Below are positions 38,992 through 51,292 of a DNA stretch of 64,000 bases, piece after piece (the first letter of the stretch is position 1; every line of letters starts with the position of its first letter). The notes under the pieces are model-generated. The model searched no databases and was not told where the DNA came from. It saw only the letters and a program-made list of their open reading frames with translations. The stretch lies in the IMG/VR virus record IMGVR_UViG_3300031853_000015, positions 19,485 to 83,484 of that record; one strand, given 5' to 3'. A program made the translations under genes and the position numbers. This stretch comes from a virus (Duplodnaviria; Caudoviricetes).

Positions 38992-40203
38992 TTACTCACT
39001 TCTCTATCCAGAAGTTATATGTGTCTATACTGCAGCTATTTCTTCTTGGCTACTAGCCCAAGCTACTTTAGCTAACTCTACAGCTCTTTGTACTATCTCC
39101 TAATGAATCTCAGGATGTAATTCACAAACATTATAACTACCATCTGTTTGTGCATCCTAACCTATATACTATCCCCAAGGTTTATCTTTACCCTCAATAG
39201 TTAATCCCTATGAACTGAGGTCTTCAAGAATAATTGGATAAGGAGTTCTTACATAACGAAGAGTGTATTTAACATCTTTTCCTTTATTTTTCCAATGAGG
39301 AATAATCTCCATTACTCCATTATCACCATTATCATTACTACCAAGAAGTTTCCATACCTGCCTTTTAAGAGGATCTCCAGAAGGTTTAGACATCAGTCTT
39401 TGATATTCCTCATGGGTAATAGGCAGTACTTGATAAAGTTGAGAAGCTATAGTAACTGATTCATGGAGCTATATATACAAATCTTTAGGAAAAGTAATTA
39501 AGACTCCTCTAGGGTCTAAAGTATTTATCCACATAGGACCTGTAGCCTCTAAATCTGTATAGGTAAACTCTGCAGTAAAAGAAGTTCCCTAAATATCTCC
39601 AAGATACTAGCTAATGGGATAAAAAGGATTTTCTGTTCCCTCTCTATATTCACAGCTTATATAAAAATGTCCTTTATCTGTAATAAAGAAAGAGTTTGTT
39701 GGAATGAGAAAAGTATATACTGTATAATCCCCTTCTTCCTCACCTAAAGATTCTACTACTAAGGTGTTTGTACCAGAAGAATCCCCTAATGTAAATGTTA
39801 AAGGATATATATCCATGAAGGGAACAGCATTCTTTGGAATTTTTAAAACTGCTTTTCCCTATATCCTTATTCTAGTATGAGGAGTTTCAGGAATGTCATA
39901 GTAATATGAAGCCTATGATAATAGCTGAGAAAGATCTTCCTATCTAGTAGTAACATTTCTGTTAGTAGTACTGGTAAATACTTTTATCAAGCATGAAAAA
40001 TCAGACAGCCTTTTATTAGAATCTTCAATACCCTGCTGATATTTATTTCCTCCTTGAACAGGAGTAAAATAATTCTTACTGAGCTCATTCTAAGCCTTAG
40101 TTAATAACTAAGACTTTTCAAATTCATTGAGCCCAGGGGCTTGATTACTGGATGCATTGTTATAAAGTAAATCAAATTCTGCAGAAAACTCATTTCCCGT
40201 CAT
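38992..40203 (-). CDS. Tail ring protein R4/R5 (gp34-like) with an internal insertion, 403 aa
   Basis: FSAEFDLLYNNASSNQAPGLNEFEKS*LLTKA*NE versus gp34 KAQEE; RLMSKP and YVRTPYPIIL motifs. Confidence 0.85.
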
Positions 40204-40216
40204 ATATTATATATTT

Positions 40217-41236
40217 TTATTGTTTAAGTTTTGCTTCAAGGCTTAACTTTAATTCCTGTCTCTTAGGATCATTAAGATATCTTGCAGCTACTGATAATAC
40301 AGGTTCTTCACCTCCTTCACATAGAGGAGTATTATCACTTCTTAAATATAGATAATTAGCTTTCTTAGAGATAATACCTGCATCAATACACTTATTGATA
40401 AGTACTTTGGTTTCCAGAAGCTTATCTTGAACTACATTCAAGAAAAGTCTTGGGTCTGCCTCAAGTAATTCTCCTGCTTTGGTCTGCAGGAAATCCAATT
40501 TAGAATTAGCTGCCAAAGGTTTTCCTGTAATAGTCTCAATAACAAGTTTTAGAACATCAGCCTTATTTTCAATCTTACCATATTCAATGTAGCAGCGTCT
40601 CTTAGTAGTCATCTTGTCTCTAACAGAACTATTAACTTCATCCTCAGCTACTATAACAAATCTATAAGTTGCTTTAGGTTTATCACGAAGTTCATGAATA
40701 CTTGGAGCAATCAAGTCCTTATTAGCAAGCAGTATCTTATACTTAATATAGTCAATAGGATCTGCCAAATTTAAAGGATTATCATACTTAGTCAGACGTA
40801 CTCTTGAGATACCTCCTTCAGTATTATTACTCCAAAAATTATTCTCTTTATTATAGACATTTAAAGCTCCTGCTTCAAGACCCATAGCTGCTTCAAGAAA
40901 GTCTTTCTCATCATCAGTAAGAACGTTTTTATAAGTACCTGATCTTAGTTTAGGAACAGTAATTGTAACTACTGACCTCTCAGCCATACCTCCAAAAAGC
41001 ACATGCTTTGGATTATTAACAGTTCCTGGCTGAGGAATAAATTTAACTATCACAGTTTTATTCTATAAACAGTTAATTAAACCATCAGTACTTCTTTGCC
41101 TTTCTGCAACAGTTACTTTACTATGTTTTAGTGGTTTAACAAGCTATGTCTCCTATTGCATTTGCTGCACATTTTGCACCTCTTCTGTGTCTAAGGTAAA
41201 ATCCATAGCATCTTCTACTTCTTCTTTTTTTGCCAT
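40217..41236 (-). CDS. Conserved crAss protein downstream of MCP (gp33/gene 75-like), 339 aa
   Basis: ATG 41236 is in frame with the track ORF; LNLADPIDYIKYKILLAN motif. Confidence 0.8.
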
Positions 41237-41265
41237 ATTTATTTATCTCCCTTTTAATTAAAATT

Positions 41266-41300
41266 ATAAAATGATTGTGGGAGACTTAACTCCCACAATC
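41266..41300 (-). terminator. Terminator after MCP
   Basis: GATTGTGGGAG-acttaa-CTCCCACAATC hairpin. Confidence 0.8.
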
Positions 41301-41316
41301 TTTATTTTACTTTAGA

Positions 41317-42825
41317 TTATCCCTCTAAAGCTGCGGGTATCAGTGACATTGTTCTTGTAGGATCAAGAATACATACACCAAGTGTAGTCTTTCTATGCAT
41401 CACAGCAGCATCTTCATCAAATGAAGCACTCATATTATTAGTCTCTCCAGTGAAAGGATTAGCAAAAGGACCCCATTGGAAGCCTCTAAATTCAGGATGA
41501 CCTTTAAGGGCACACTTGAAGATATTAGGCTGATCCATAGTACCAATGTACATAATATCAAACCTGGAGCTCATAAGAGGATGTCCTTTATCATCTGTCA
41601 GTTTATTCCTAACTGGATCATCATAGAAGTTATCTACTTCAAGTTTTACTGTAACTCCATTAGGAGCACTCCACTCTGTGAACTGATAACCTGCAGCCAA
41701 TGCATTGCTATTGAGAGGAGAATTAGTTTTTCTAACAACTCCAAGCTGGTCTGCATTAACTTGGAATTCAGTCCAACCACTCATTGCATTTCTAACTGCA
41801 TTATGAAAGAGAATTGCACCCTGTTCACCTGTTCTAACCACAAAGGTTCTTTGACCAAAATCAAGTTTAGCTGCACTCAATTCATAGAGAGCATCTTCAA
41901 GCATCTTCAAAGAGAAGTCATTATAGTAATATGTATTACCATACTTCATCTGTGCAAGAAGACCATCACCCATTCTAATAACTTCACCAGATTTGCCAAT
42001 GTTACCATACTCACCATTGGGGTTTCTATTGGAAGTACCGAACATAAGAGCAGAATTCTTTTCATCAGACCACTCCTGTTCAAACTGCCATTCTACCCAA
42101 GGCATCCACATGGTTTCTACTTTCTTATTGCCCTTCTTATCAACTAATGGAACACCACAAGCAAGTTTCTTATTCAACATAGTTGAACCAGGAACCTTGA
42201 ACTGCTTTCTAAGTGTAGTCCATTCATTTCTCATGGCAACAGGAGCAGAGAATCTTACATCACCAACTTTTCTTGAATTTTCTCTTTCTACAGGAGCAAA
42301 CTCATGGGAGAATCTTTCACCTTGCAGAAGTCTTTCAGAAGGAATACCATCTGTAATACCTCCCATAAGCTCCACTTTATACACAGCATTTGTGCCTTCC
42401 ATTCTTGGATCACCCAGTACTCTCATTGGGTAAACCTCATTGAGGTTTCCAAAAAGTACCTCACCATCAGCGAACCAATCCTCACCAAATACAAGATAGA
42501 AAGGAGCAGTACCTACACCTACATTAGGATCACCTGCCTGAACTACTTTTCCACTTTCATCTCTAGCTTCCAGAAGAGGAATATTTCTTCTAGAAGAACC
42601 AACTACCTGCCATGTGAACTCATCATCTGTATCAAACTCTTTAGTTGGATATTTGGCTAATTCACTTTCAAGAGACTTACCTCTATAAAGTGCAAGAAGT
42701 TGAACCATAAAATCAGATACTGGTTGAGGAGCCTTCTAATAAATAGAGGCTAAATGATTATCTTTAGTCAGACCTTTCCAACCAGTAAACTGAACCATTT
42801 GAAATCTACCTAGCTTACCTGCCAT
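41317..42825 (-). CDS. Major capsid protein, 502 aa, single TAG at codon 30
   Basis: MAGKLGRFQM...WKGLTKDNHLASIY*KAPQ versus crAss001 MCP MAGKLGKFQM...WKGLTSDNHLGAIFQQAPQ (recalled); C-terminus LDPTRTMSLIPAALEG. Confidence 0.95.
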
Positions 42826-42851
42826 AATAAATCAATTTATTAATTACGAAT

Positions 42852-44051
42852 TTAATTTATATCTATTGAAAATCCTTGATCAAAAATTGACTTTCCTCCA
42901 TTGTCACTTCCAAAGCCTATATATCTAGAACCTCCGTCAGTGCTTTTGTTGTTATTATTAAGGACATGTTCTAACTCTTGTAACTTTCTTTTTACTTGTT
43001 TCTTAGCCGGAGGTGCTACCAACTTATCTAAGTTTTTGAACCCATCAGTAAGTGTAAAGAGTATTCCTACATTCTTAATAAAGTCACTTTCATTTTCAAG
43101 TTTGTATTTCTGTAAAGCTGTAAGATATTCTCCTGTCTCAGGGTCTTTATAAATAGGCTTGGATACATTTTCAAAAGCCTTTTGTCTAGTAATCTTATCA
43201 ATTTCCATTCCACCAAATACTGTATCACTAGACATAATATCTTTTTTCAATTGTTCTGCCTATCTCTTAACAGCCAATCTTTCTTCTTCACTCTTCCTTT
43301 TAGCATCTTCAAGGAGTTCATTGTATTTATCTCCAAAGAAATCCTTATTACTTTGTAAAGCTTGCTTTGCTTCTTCAATGTCTTCTCCAGAAGCAAATAA
43401 CTTTTCAGTCATTTTTGCAGCTCTTTCCTCAGTATACTTTCTGTTCATGAAGTCTTGCATTAGCAGTTGTCTTCTTAACTGCACACCTTTATCACTTTCA
43501 TCATTAAGGTGTTCTTCTTTAATGCTGTTTAGGAATCCTAATGTTTTTTCATATTGTTTTATAGCATTAGGTTCTACTCCATTATTAAGGGCATTATATA
43601 TTCTTCTTTGAGCTTCATCAAGACCTGCCTATATTTGTCTCTCAAATATCTCCCTAAAGTCTTCAGGTCCCTTAATATCATCAACTTCTTTATCATCAAG
43701 GTCAGGAAAGACACCTTCTTCCTTCAAAGCACTGGCAATGGAAGAGTAGAAGTTAGTTTCGGGAGAAGTACCAGTCTCTTCTTCAGAAGAGGTGTCTTTT
43801 TTCTCCTTACCTTTTTTCTCTTCACTACCTACGCTCTCTGGTTCTTCCTCATCAAATAGATGTTCAGGATCAACCTCAGTAGTTTTATTTGTTTCTTTAT
43901 TTTTATCTTCAGGATCTTCATTAGGAGTTTCTTCAGAAGAACCTTTACTTTCATTATCTTTAGCAGGAGGAGTAGCCTCTTCTTGAAAATCTTCGAACAA
44001 AGAAGCTGCTTCATCCCCTGTAAAAATATTATCCATACTTAAAATATCCAT
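42852..44051 (-). CDS. Acidic protein upstream of MCP (gene 77-like, possible scaffold), 399 aa, 2 TAG
   Basis: Three track fragments in one frame; very acidic N-terminus; conserved synteny. Confidence 0.75.
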
Positions 44052-44094
44052 ATTTAAATTCTCCCTTTTTAGTGTTTAAATAATGTTTAACTGG

Positions 44095-44104
44095 TGCAAA
44101 GATA
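44095..44104 (-). promoter_or_regulatory. Bacteroidota -7 promoter for the capsid operon
   Basis: TATCTTTGCA upstream of ATG 44051. Confidence 0.75.
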
Positions 44105-44168
44105 AATAAAAAAATATTACTATGCAACCCCTTTTATAAAATTACTAATATCTACTATATAAAAATCT

Positions 44169-44501
44169 TTATTTACTGTCGTCCTATGTATTACTAAATA
44201 TTCGTTTTTTACAAGTTAAATCCATGCAAATATTCATTGCTAAATTAAGCACTTGTGATTTCAAATCTGATACTTCTTTCTCAAGCTAATCATTTTTCTG
44301 TAAAACTCTTGTAAGCCTCTCACGATTATCATCACTTAATTGTTTATAAAACTCTAGTGAGTCTTTCATATTGGTTATCACAGTACTATCTACTTCACTG
44401 TAATATTTCTTTTTTGCCATTAACCAAGAAGCAAAGCCTGTAATAACAGGAGCTAGAATATTAGTTATGATTAGAACATTAATTTCGGTAGTCATTTCCA
44501 T
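44169..44501 (-). CDS. Holin-like membrane protein, 110 aa
   Basis: One N-terminal hydrophobic helix followed by a coiled coil; 2 TAG; translationally coupled to the upstream lipoprotein gene. Confidence 0.5.
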
Positions 44502-44884
44502 ATTTTAAATTTATTTAATAGTGTTCCTATAAGTAATAACAATCCTACTCCTCCTAACCACATTAAAGCTTTCTACCAAGTATATAATTTATTTGTTGTA
44601 ACAGTTTTCACTACCTCTACTATTACTGGAATACTGTCTGTTTTAAGTACAGTATCTTTAACAAATACTTCCCTTGTTTTATATTTAAATTTATTTACAT
44701 AGACTGTATCTCCCTTCATTTCTATGAATACATTTATAGAATCCTATAAATGTACATACTCTTTCTAAACTTCATATTCAGTTCTTACAGTTTCTATAGG
44801 TACTTTAACATATTCAGTTGTCTTACATCCAGCAAATAAAGTTATAGATAATATTAGACTTATTAATAGTATTTTAAATTTCAT
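44492..44884 (-). CDS. Putative unimolecular spanin, 130 aa
   Basis: Lipoprotein signal MKFKILLISLILSITLFAG-C, beta-rich middle, C-terminal TM W*KALMWLGGVGLLLLIG; 3 TAG; stop TGA. Confidence 0.6.
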
Positions 44885-47340
44885 TTTTGTGTTTTTGCCC
44901 TAGCCCTTAACTAGTCTTTACTGATTTTCTCTTTTAATTGTAATGTCTCTCTATGCTTCTACTTCTCAAAGTCCAATTTCTCCCTATCTAATGCTAATTG
45001 CTTATCAAATTTTAGCATATCCTGCATTAATTTATCCTTAGCTTCTTGACTATATTCATCGGGTTTTATACCATCATTTTCTTCATCTGCCTCTGTCATA
45101 CGATTCTTTAGTTGAAGAATAGCCATTTCAGCTTGAGAATTAATTTCTGCAACAACTACTTTAGTTTCATTATCTCTTTGGTTTATAGAATCTTTAAAGT
45201 CTCTTTCTGCTTGTTTATCTTGCATCTGAGCTTCCAAAGCCTATTGTTGTTGTTGCATTTGTAACTGCTATTGTTGCTGCTATTGTTGTTGGATATTCAT
45301 TTCATCCCTTTCAACAAATCTTTGTTTTTCTGCTATTGAAGCACTCATATAGAGTTTCATTATAGTAGAGAAACTTAAAGTTTGTGTCTATAGAGCAGCC
45401 TAAGCAAGAGTCTCTAATTTTTGCTGTAATTCTTGCAGACCTCTACTATTATCTACTACAAGACCATAATCACATTCAGCAAAAGTATCTCCTTCTATTT
45501 CTATTACTTGCTTTGAATTATCAGGAAGAATATAATTAAATTTTTTAGTTCTTCCTTTCATAGCAATTTTAGCAGTTTCAAGGAAACATTCAAGAACTCT
45601 TCTCTTTACATCATCATGAATTGAAAATAACCATTCTGTAATATGGGAAGATTGAAGAGTAGCTCTTTCTACACCTCCTACAGTTTCTCTATTGGAAATT
45701 TGTCCTTCTCTTTGTTTACTAATACCTGCAATATCAGACATTTCCATCTTAATAAATTCAAGAAGATTGATATACTATTGAATATTATTACCAAAGTCTG
45801 CGTCAATAACTCCTTGAGTATTACTATTCATGCCTCCTGCAAGTTTGCCTGTAGCAGCTCCTATAGTCCCTTCATTAAAACTATCTTCTACAAATAGTCC
45901 TAAAGTTTTGGCATAATATAACCATTTCTCCATCTTCCATGCTTTAGGTTTCTTTGATAGGTCTAATCTAGTCATTTTGCCCCAGTTCCTAGCCATCATT
46001 TTATTAAGCCTGTCATGAATTATATCATAAAGATAATTAAGAGGCTTCATCATATCTACCATAGAAAATGGCTTATCATCATTAATATTGTAGATAGAAC
46101 CTATGATACCAAAATGACATTCAGAAGGATTATCTAATCTATTATATTGAATTATACGGGGTCTTATATTTACATAAATATCCTAACCTATCTTAGTACC
46201 CTCCCAGGCTTCATTAATCCAGAAAACCTTTTCTTCTTCTCCTTTCATTTCATTAGGTATATAAGATTCAGGCATAAAAGTAAAATCCTCTTCTCCTGTT
46301 TGGGGATCATAGAATTTAATCTTTTTAATCTTTCTCCTGGATTTCCAATATACTCTTATTACTCTGATATTACCATTCATATCAAAAGGAAGAAGTTCAT
46401 TATTAACAGTATCAGCATACTATCCAAAAGGATCAAAAAACATAGTACTATCAGCTATAGTATCAGATATCATATGGGAATTTACAAACCCATATCTTTC
46501 ATCTATATTATCCATAGAATCTACTGCTCCCTAACTGAAATGGTCAGGGAACTACTCAAGGTATTTAAGATCTTTTGGTTTTAATACATCTTGAAAAACA
46601 TCATAGACTTTGCCTGGACTCCAATAATCTTCTAATATAATCATATCAGCATCTTCAATCCTATTACTATATCCTGATTTGAAAATTCTGACTTTCATAG
46701 GATTAAGCCTTTCTACTATAGGTTCTCCTCCAACAATATCACATTGATAGATTTCTTCCCCTACAGCCATAGCATCAGTAAATCCTCTATTGAATATTAA
46801 AGGCATATTATACTATCTGGTATAATGATTAAGGACACAATTACCCATTACCTCCTTAAAATCCTACCATTCAAAAGTATAATAATCATTTAGCTTTTCA
46901 AGTTCCTGATTAAACTACTCCTCACTGAGAGCATTATCCTAAATAATCTATTGCAGACTTTGAAATAAAGCCTGCTTCTTATTGTTTTCTATTTCTGAAA
47001 TTGCATTAGGATTAGTGACCATAACCCTATAATCAAAAACTCTTCCAAGTTCTTCTCCTTTAAGAACATTCATTTTAGAGTTCATGATAGCATAATGCTA
47101 TATTTTATCAGGAATAAAGTTAGCCTTTATTCCTTCAGGATTATTTATAAGCTCAAGGTCATCCATATGAATTTTTCCTGCCATAAGATCATAGTTAATC
47201 TTCTGATGAAGAATACTCTATCTTATGAAGGAATAATTAAAATGCAATTTAGAATCCGCAAAGTCCACACACTATCTTCTCCAGGCTTCATTCTTTCTGG
47301 AATTAGATAACTGTTGTGGAGGAAACTGCACATTATTCAT
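44881..47340 (-). CDS. Portal protein, 819 aa; TAG=Gln
   Basis: GEEIYQCDIVGGEP...KSGYSNRIEDADMIILEDYWSPG crAss portal motifs; all fragments in one frame; poly-Gln tract containing TAG; stop TGA. Confidence 0.93.
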
Positions 47341-47358
47341 AATTAATCTTTTTAGTGG

Positions 47359-47368
47359 TGCAAAGATA
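47359..47368 (-). promoter_or_regulatory. Bacteroidota -7 promoter for the portal gene
   Basis: TATCTTTGCA 18 nt upstream of ATG 47340. Confidence 0.75.
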
Positions 47369-47439
47369 CAAATAAAAGATAATATAAACAATAGTTTAAA
47401 TAAATTATTTATTTATATTATCTTTTTTACTAAATTTAC

Positions 47440-49722
47440 TTAGTACATAAAACTATTTTGCTCTTCTTCTGTAAATCTTTTATCATAATTCTCTAAGAAA
47501 AACTCATCATTTCCAGCATAATCAGCATCTTCACTCATTCTATGGCCTTTTACATCTCCTTGATAGAGAATTATTTTTTCTTCTCTAAATAACATTAATT
47601 GCCCTAAAGCCCTTACTCTATCCACATTGATAAAAGGATTATAAGCTACAAGTTCTTTTAACAGGGCTCTATTCCTTATTAAGTATAGATTAGGTATAGT
47701 AGTCTCTTTATCTTCTCCATCTTCTTGTACTACAGTAGGTACTGGTTTAATTAGCCATTCTTTTATTAAAGCATCTGCATAATTATTTATTGCAGCAGTA
47801 GCTCTAACACCTTTACTATTATTACCAAAGCTTGTATACTTTAATATCTGCTTATCTCTTAAATATTCAGGAGTATCCGCTAATAAATGAGAACAATTCA
47901 TTTTACTAAAATATGAATAAGTTCCTTTAATATTAGCTTCATACATACACTTAGCATTATAGTATAAACACAATAATCTTACTTTTTCATATAATTCTTC
48001 TGCATAAGTGGTTCTTCCTGTATATTCTGCTACTAATCTATCTGTAAATAAATCCAATACCAATGCTGATCCTAAAGACATAGAATTAGCCTAATCATTA
48101 TCATATGGGTCAAATCCTATTATATATCTGTCAGACTATACTTTTCCATCTTTATTTTTTTCAGGCTATTCAAATATCTCAACACATCCTTTTGCAGTAT
48201 TATCTTTAAGAGGGAATATTCTTATAGGTAAATCATTAGTAAGCTTAAACTTAACTTCTCCTGATTTATCAAGTACTAAATCTCCACACCAAACATCATC
48301 ATACTCATTAGGATTATTATCTATCTAAGTAATTCTTTCATTAAGTTGTGTGATAGGAAATACATTGCCTTTAGTTCTAAGGACTGCTTCTTGAGGAGTA
48401 ATAGGAATTTCTGCTATAGTTTTCGTTATAGAGTTTACATCAGTACTATTGTATTTAACTCTGTATCTATCACTTAGTATTTCAAGTAAAGCTTTAGTTA
48501 CATTACTATTACCATCTTTATCATAACAACCTTTTCTATTTAAGTATCCAGGAAAAAAGAAAGTAATAGTCTGTCTTCCCTAGCCATCTTTATCATAAAC
48601 ATTAGGAATACCATACATTCTATAACCTTTAGGGTTATACACTATTTCTTGAGCTCCTGAAAAATCACTTTCTTCATCACCGGCAGTACCTATCAAGTAC
48701 ATACTCCCGAAAGAAATATCTCCTTCTTGTACTGAAGGAATCATAATATTATATAATTCCAATACATTTTTGAAGCTACCAAATTCTTCTACTACAATAA
48801 AATTCTGTCTTTTACCTCTGACTTTGGAGCTGTCATCTTTAGCAGATACTCCTAATACTTCATTTAAAGTACCTTTATCTGTCCCAGTATCTAAATCTCT
48901 ATAGCCCATCTTCCAGGCCATATCCTGCAAAGAACTTTTAAGCCTTTTACTTGGAAACTGTGTAGTCTATGCTAAGAAATCTATACCTGCTTGGAATTTA
49001 TTTAGAATACCATCTGAAGTAAGATATTGTTTCTAATAAGCAGTTACCATACATTTAACTGCTCTATTTACATCTTTAGATTCTCCTAACACAAACCTTT
49101 TACCCATCATAGAAGACATACAGTATGACTTGGATTTGCCTCTACTGCTTATTTCACAGCCATTATTTCCTCCTTTAGGGTCATATATTCCTCCATTAAT
49201 AGCCTAATCTATATAATTATATCTATAGAATATACCATCCCAAACTTCTGGAAAATCAATAATTCTTTCTCCTTTTTTTGAACCTTTTTTATACCTAGTT
49301 TGCATAATAGGCCAATAATTCAGAAAGAAATACATATCCCCAGTTATCCAAGCTCCATCAGATTTTCTTACATATCCTTCATAGCATCTTCTTACTTCTT
49401 CTCTAATCCATTTACCAAAATCACTATTAGGATTACTATTAGGTCTTAATTTAGTAAATACTCCTGTCTTTTGATAATGCAAAGCAGTAGGTCTAAAATA
49501 ATCCATATCTGTAAGTATAGGAGGGTCAGTAATATCTATAATAACCTTACCTTGTTCATCTCTTGGCAAATCTTTAAAATAAGGTCTATTAGGAGATATT
49601 AATCTCTATACAAAAGGTACATTACATATAATGTCCCAAAACTATTCCTGTACCTCTTGAGGATAATTTTCTAATTGTAATTCTTCTACAGAAGATTGAT
49701 ATTTATTAAAGGTGTACTCCAT
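47440..49722 (-). CDS. terL: Terminase large subunit, 760 aa; TAG=Gln
   Basis: Walker A-like SSRGKSKSY, Walker B IVVEEFG, nuclease-domain NVDRVRALGQLML; single frame. Confidence 0.92.
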
Positions 49723-49978
49723 AGTATTTCAACATATTTTCAATAGTTTTTTGGATTACTTTATCTTCTATATCTATTACAGACATTTCAGAACTATTAA
49801 AATTCTCTTCTACTTTACTTATCAGTTTATTCTCTTCAGGACAATGTACTTCTATAGTATAGTGTTTTATAGCTGGAAACTTCTTATCAGTTATATTAGA
49901 AGTCACAGGTACAAAGGAAGAAGGTTTTAATCCTAATACATTCTCAAATGCTCTTAAAAAAATATCTAAGCTTTTCAT
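49706..49978 (-). CDS. Hypothetical protein, 90 aa
   Basis: Complete ORF overlapping both neighbours in an operon-like way. Confidence 0.7.
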   Translation of the reverse strand: MKSLDIFLRAFENVLGLKPSSFVPVTSNITDKKFPAIKHYTIEVHCPEENKLISKVEENFNSSEMSVIDIEDKVIQKTIENMLKYYGVHL

Positions 49979-50526
49979 ATTAAAATTCCATCATCCATTA
50001 ATGTTTTTCCATTACCTCCTCTAGCTCTACCCTGTTCTTGAATTTCTTTAGCTATAGTCTTTTCAGCTTCCATAACTTCTTTAGCTAATTGAGGAATTTG
50101 TCTGATAGCAGTAGTAATACTATTAATAGTATATATAGGCTTACCTTTATCATCTGTAGTATTTAAATTTACAGTTTCTAAGAATTCCTTGACTTTAACT
50201 ATAGCTATCTTAGTACTTTGCAGCAACTCTTGACTTATAGTAGTAGTAAGCTTTTTATATAAATTTATACATTCTAATTGAAGGTCTGTAAATTTAGGGA
50301 CTTCCAGCCCATTAGTAATACACACCTCTTGCAGTCTTTCATTATCATCTACTATGTAAGAATAATCACTTCTTGGATCATAAGTAAAGTAAACTATAGT
50401 TAAAAAATCCATAAAGTCTGACTTATCCTTACTTCTGTCACTTTTATATAACTTCTTGAAAGGTTTCAATAAAAGCAACTCATCTTCTATCTATAATTGA
50501 TAATTATCTATTTTTACTAACTTCAT
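49975..50526 (-). CDS. Conserved crAss protein upstream of TerL (possible small terminase), 183 aa
   Basis: ATG 50526 read through 1 TAG; YDPRSDY and RARGG motifs. Function inferred from position only. Confidence 0.6.
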
Positions 50527-50543
50527 ACTCTTAAATAATTAAA

Positions 50544-50565
50544 GCCTGTCAGAAATCTGACAGGC
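50544..50565 (-). terminator. Hairpin terminator
   Basis: GCCTGTCAGA/TCTGACAGGC followed by a U-rich run on the minus strand. Confidence 0.65.
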
Positions 50566-50580
50566 CATTGTTTATAATAT

Positions 50581-51027
50581 TTATACTATGATTGAAGGTT
50601 TTTGAGGTATATATAGAGGATTAGAAGAATCTTTAATAACTTTTTCATCCTCTTCATCATCTTCTTCCTCTTCACTGTCAGTTATTACATAGGCAATATC
50701 TCTTTCCTCTATCATAAAGTATTCTACACCATTCATTTCTACTGTAGGAACATCTATAGAGATTATAGGATTATCAATAAAATCTTCTCTTAATGAATTG
50801 TCAGAGAACTTTCTCTTCATATATCGAGTAATATCCATCAGGATTAGGTCTCCTTCTTTAACTTCCCTAACAGCACTGCCTATTCTTACTACTCTCTGAT
50901 ATTCTTTATATTTACCTTCAAGTTTACTGGCATCTAAGATAGTTCCTTTTATCTTTTGAGCTTTCTTATATTTTTCTGCAGTAACAATCAGTTTAGTATA
51001 AAGAGGTCTTATATCTTTAATTATCAT
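50581..51027 (-). CDS. GroES-like co-chaperonin
   Basis: IRPLYTKLIV...QRVVRIGSAVREVKEGDLIL...VEYFMIEERDI follows the Cpn10 pattern; acidic tail. Confidence 0.65.
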   Translation of the reverse strand: MIIKDIRPLYTKLIVTAEKYKKAQKIKGTILDASKLEGKYKEYQRVVRIGSAVREVKEGDLILMDITRYMKRKFSDNSLREDFIDNPIISIDVPTVEMNGVEYFMIEERDIAYVITDSEEEEDDEEDEKVIKDSSNPLYIPQKPSIIV

Positions 51028-51292
51028 CTTTATGTCTTAAATTATTAATATATTCAAATCTTTTCTTTACTCCCAGATATCTTTCTCTGGTACAATATAA
51101 TTTACCAAGACTGGGTATATTGAAATTTGTTTTAAGAGTTTTGAAGTCCTCTTCATTAAGGTCCTCCTTTAAAGGAAGTTCCTAAATAGTATCTCTTATA
51201 AATTGCCAGTAAGCCTTGTAGGTTTTTCTTACTAGGTCTACTGGCAACTATAAATCATTCGACACCTTGTTTATTATCTATTCGTATGTCAT
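51017..51292 (-). CDS. IHF/HU-like small protein (crAss gene 54 family), 91 aa, 3 TAG
   Basis: MTYE*IINKVSNDL*LPVDLVRKTYKAYW...NFNIPSLGKL; missed by the ORF track. Confidence 0.7.

Noticed and set aside
41476-43611. Plus-strand ORFs opposite MCP and the scaffold-like gene, and similar antisense ORFs elsewhere
   Set aside because: Shadow frames of real genes, with no promoter and unnatural Ser/Phe/Ile-rich composition.
41317-49722. Group I introns or inteins in TerL, portal or MCP
   Set aside because: Frames are continuous and lengths (760, 819, 502 aa) are ordinary; no homing-endonuclease insert seen.
10838-50526. Fragmented ORFs read as pseudogenes, frameshifts or assembly errors
   Set aside because: Fragments of each gene share one frame, and the breaks I read were TAG; essential genes (portal, TerL, MCP) are restored by TAG=Gln.
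44492-51257. TGA reassignment
   Set aside because: TGA ends the portal, spanin-like and other genes at ATGA-type overlaps and was not seen inside the reconstructed genes.
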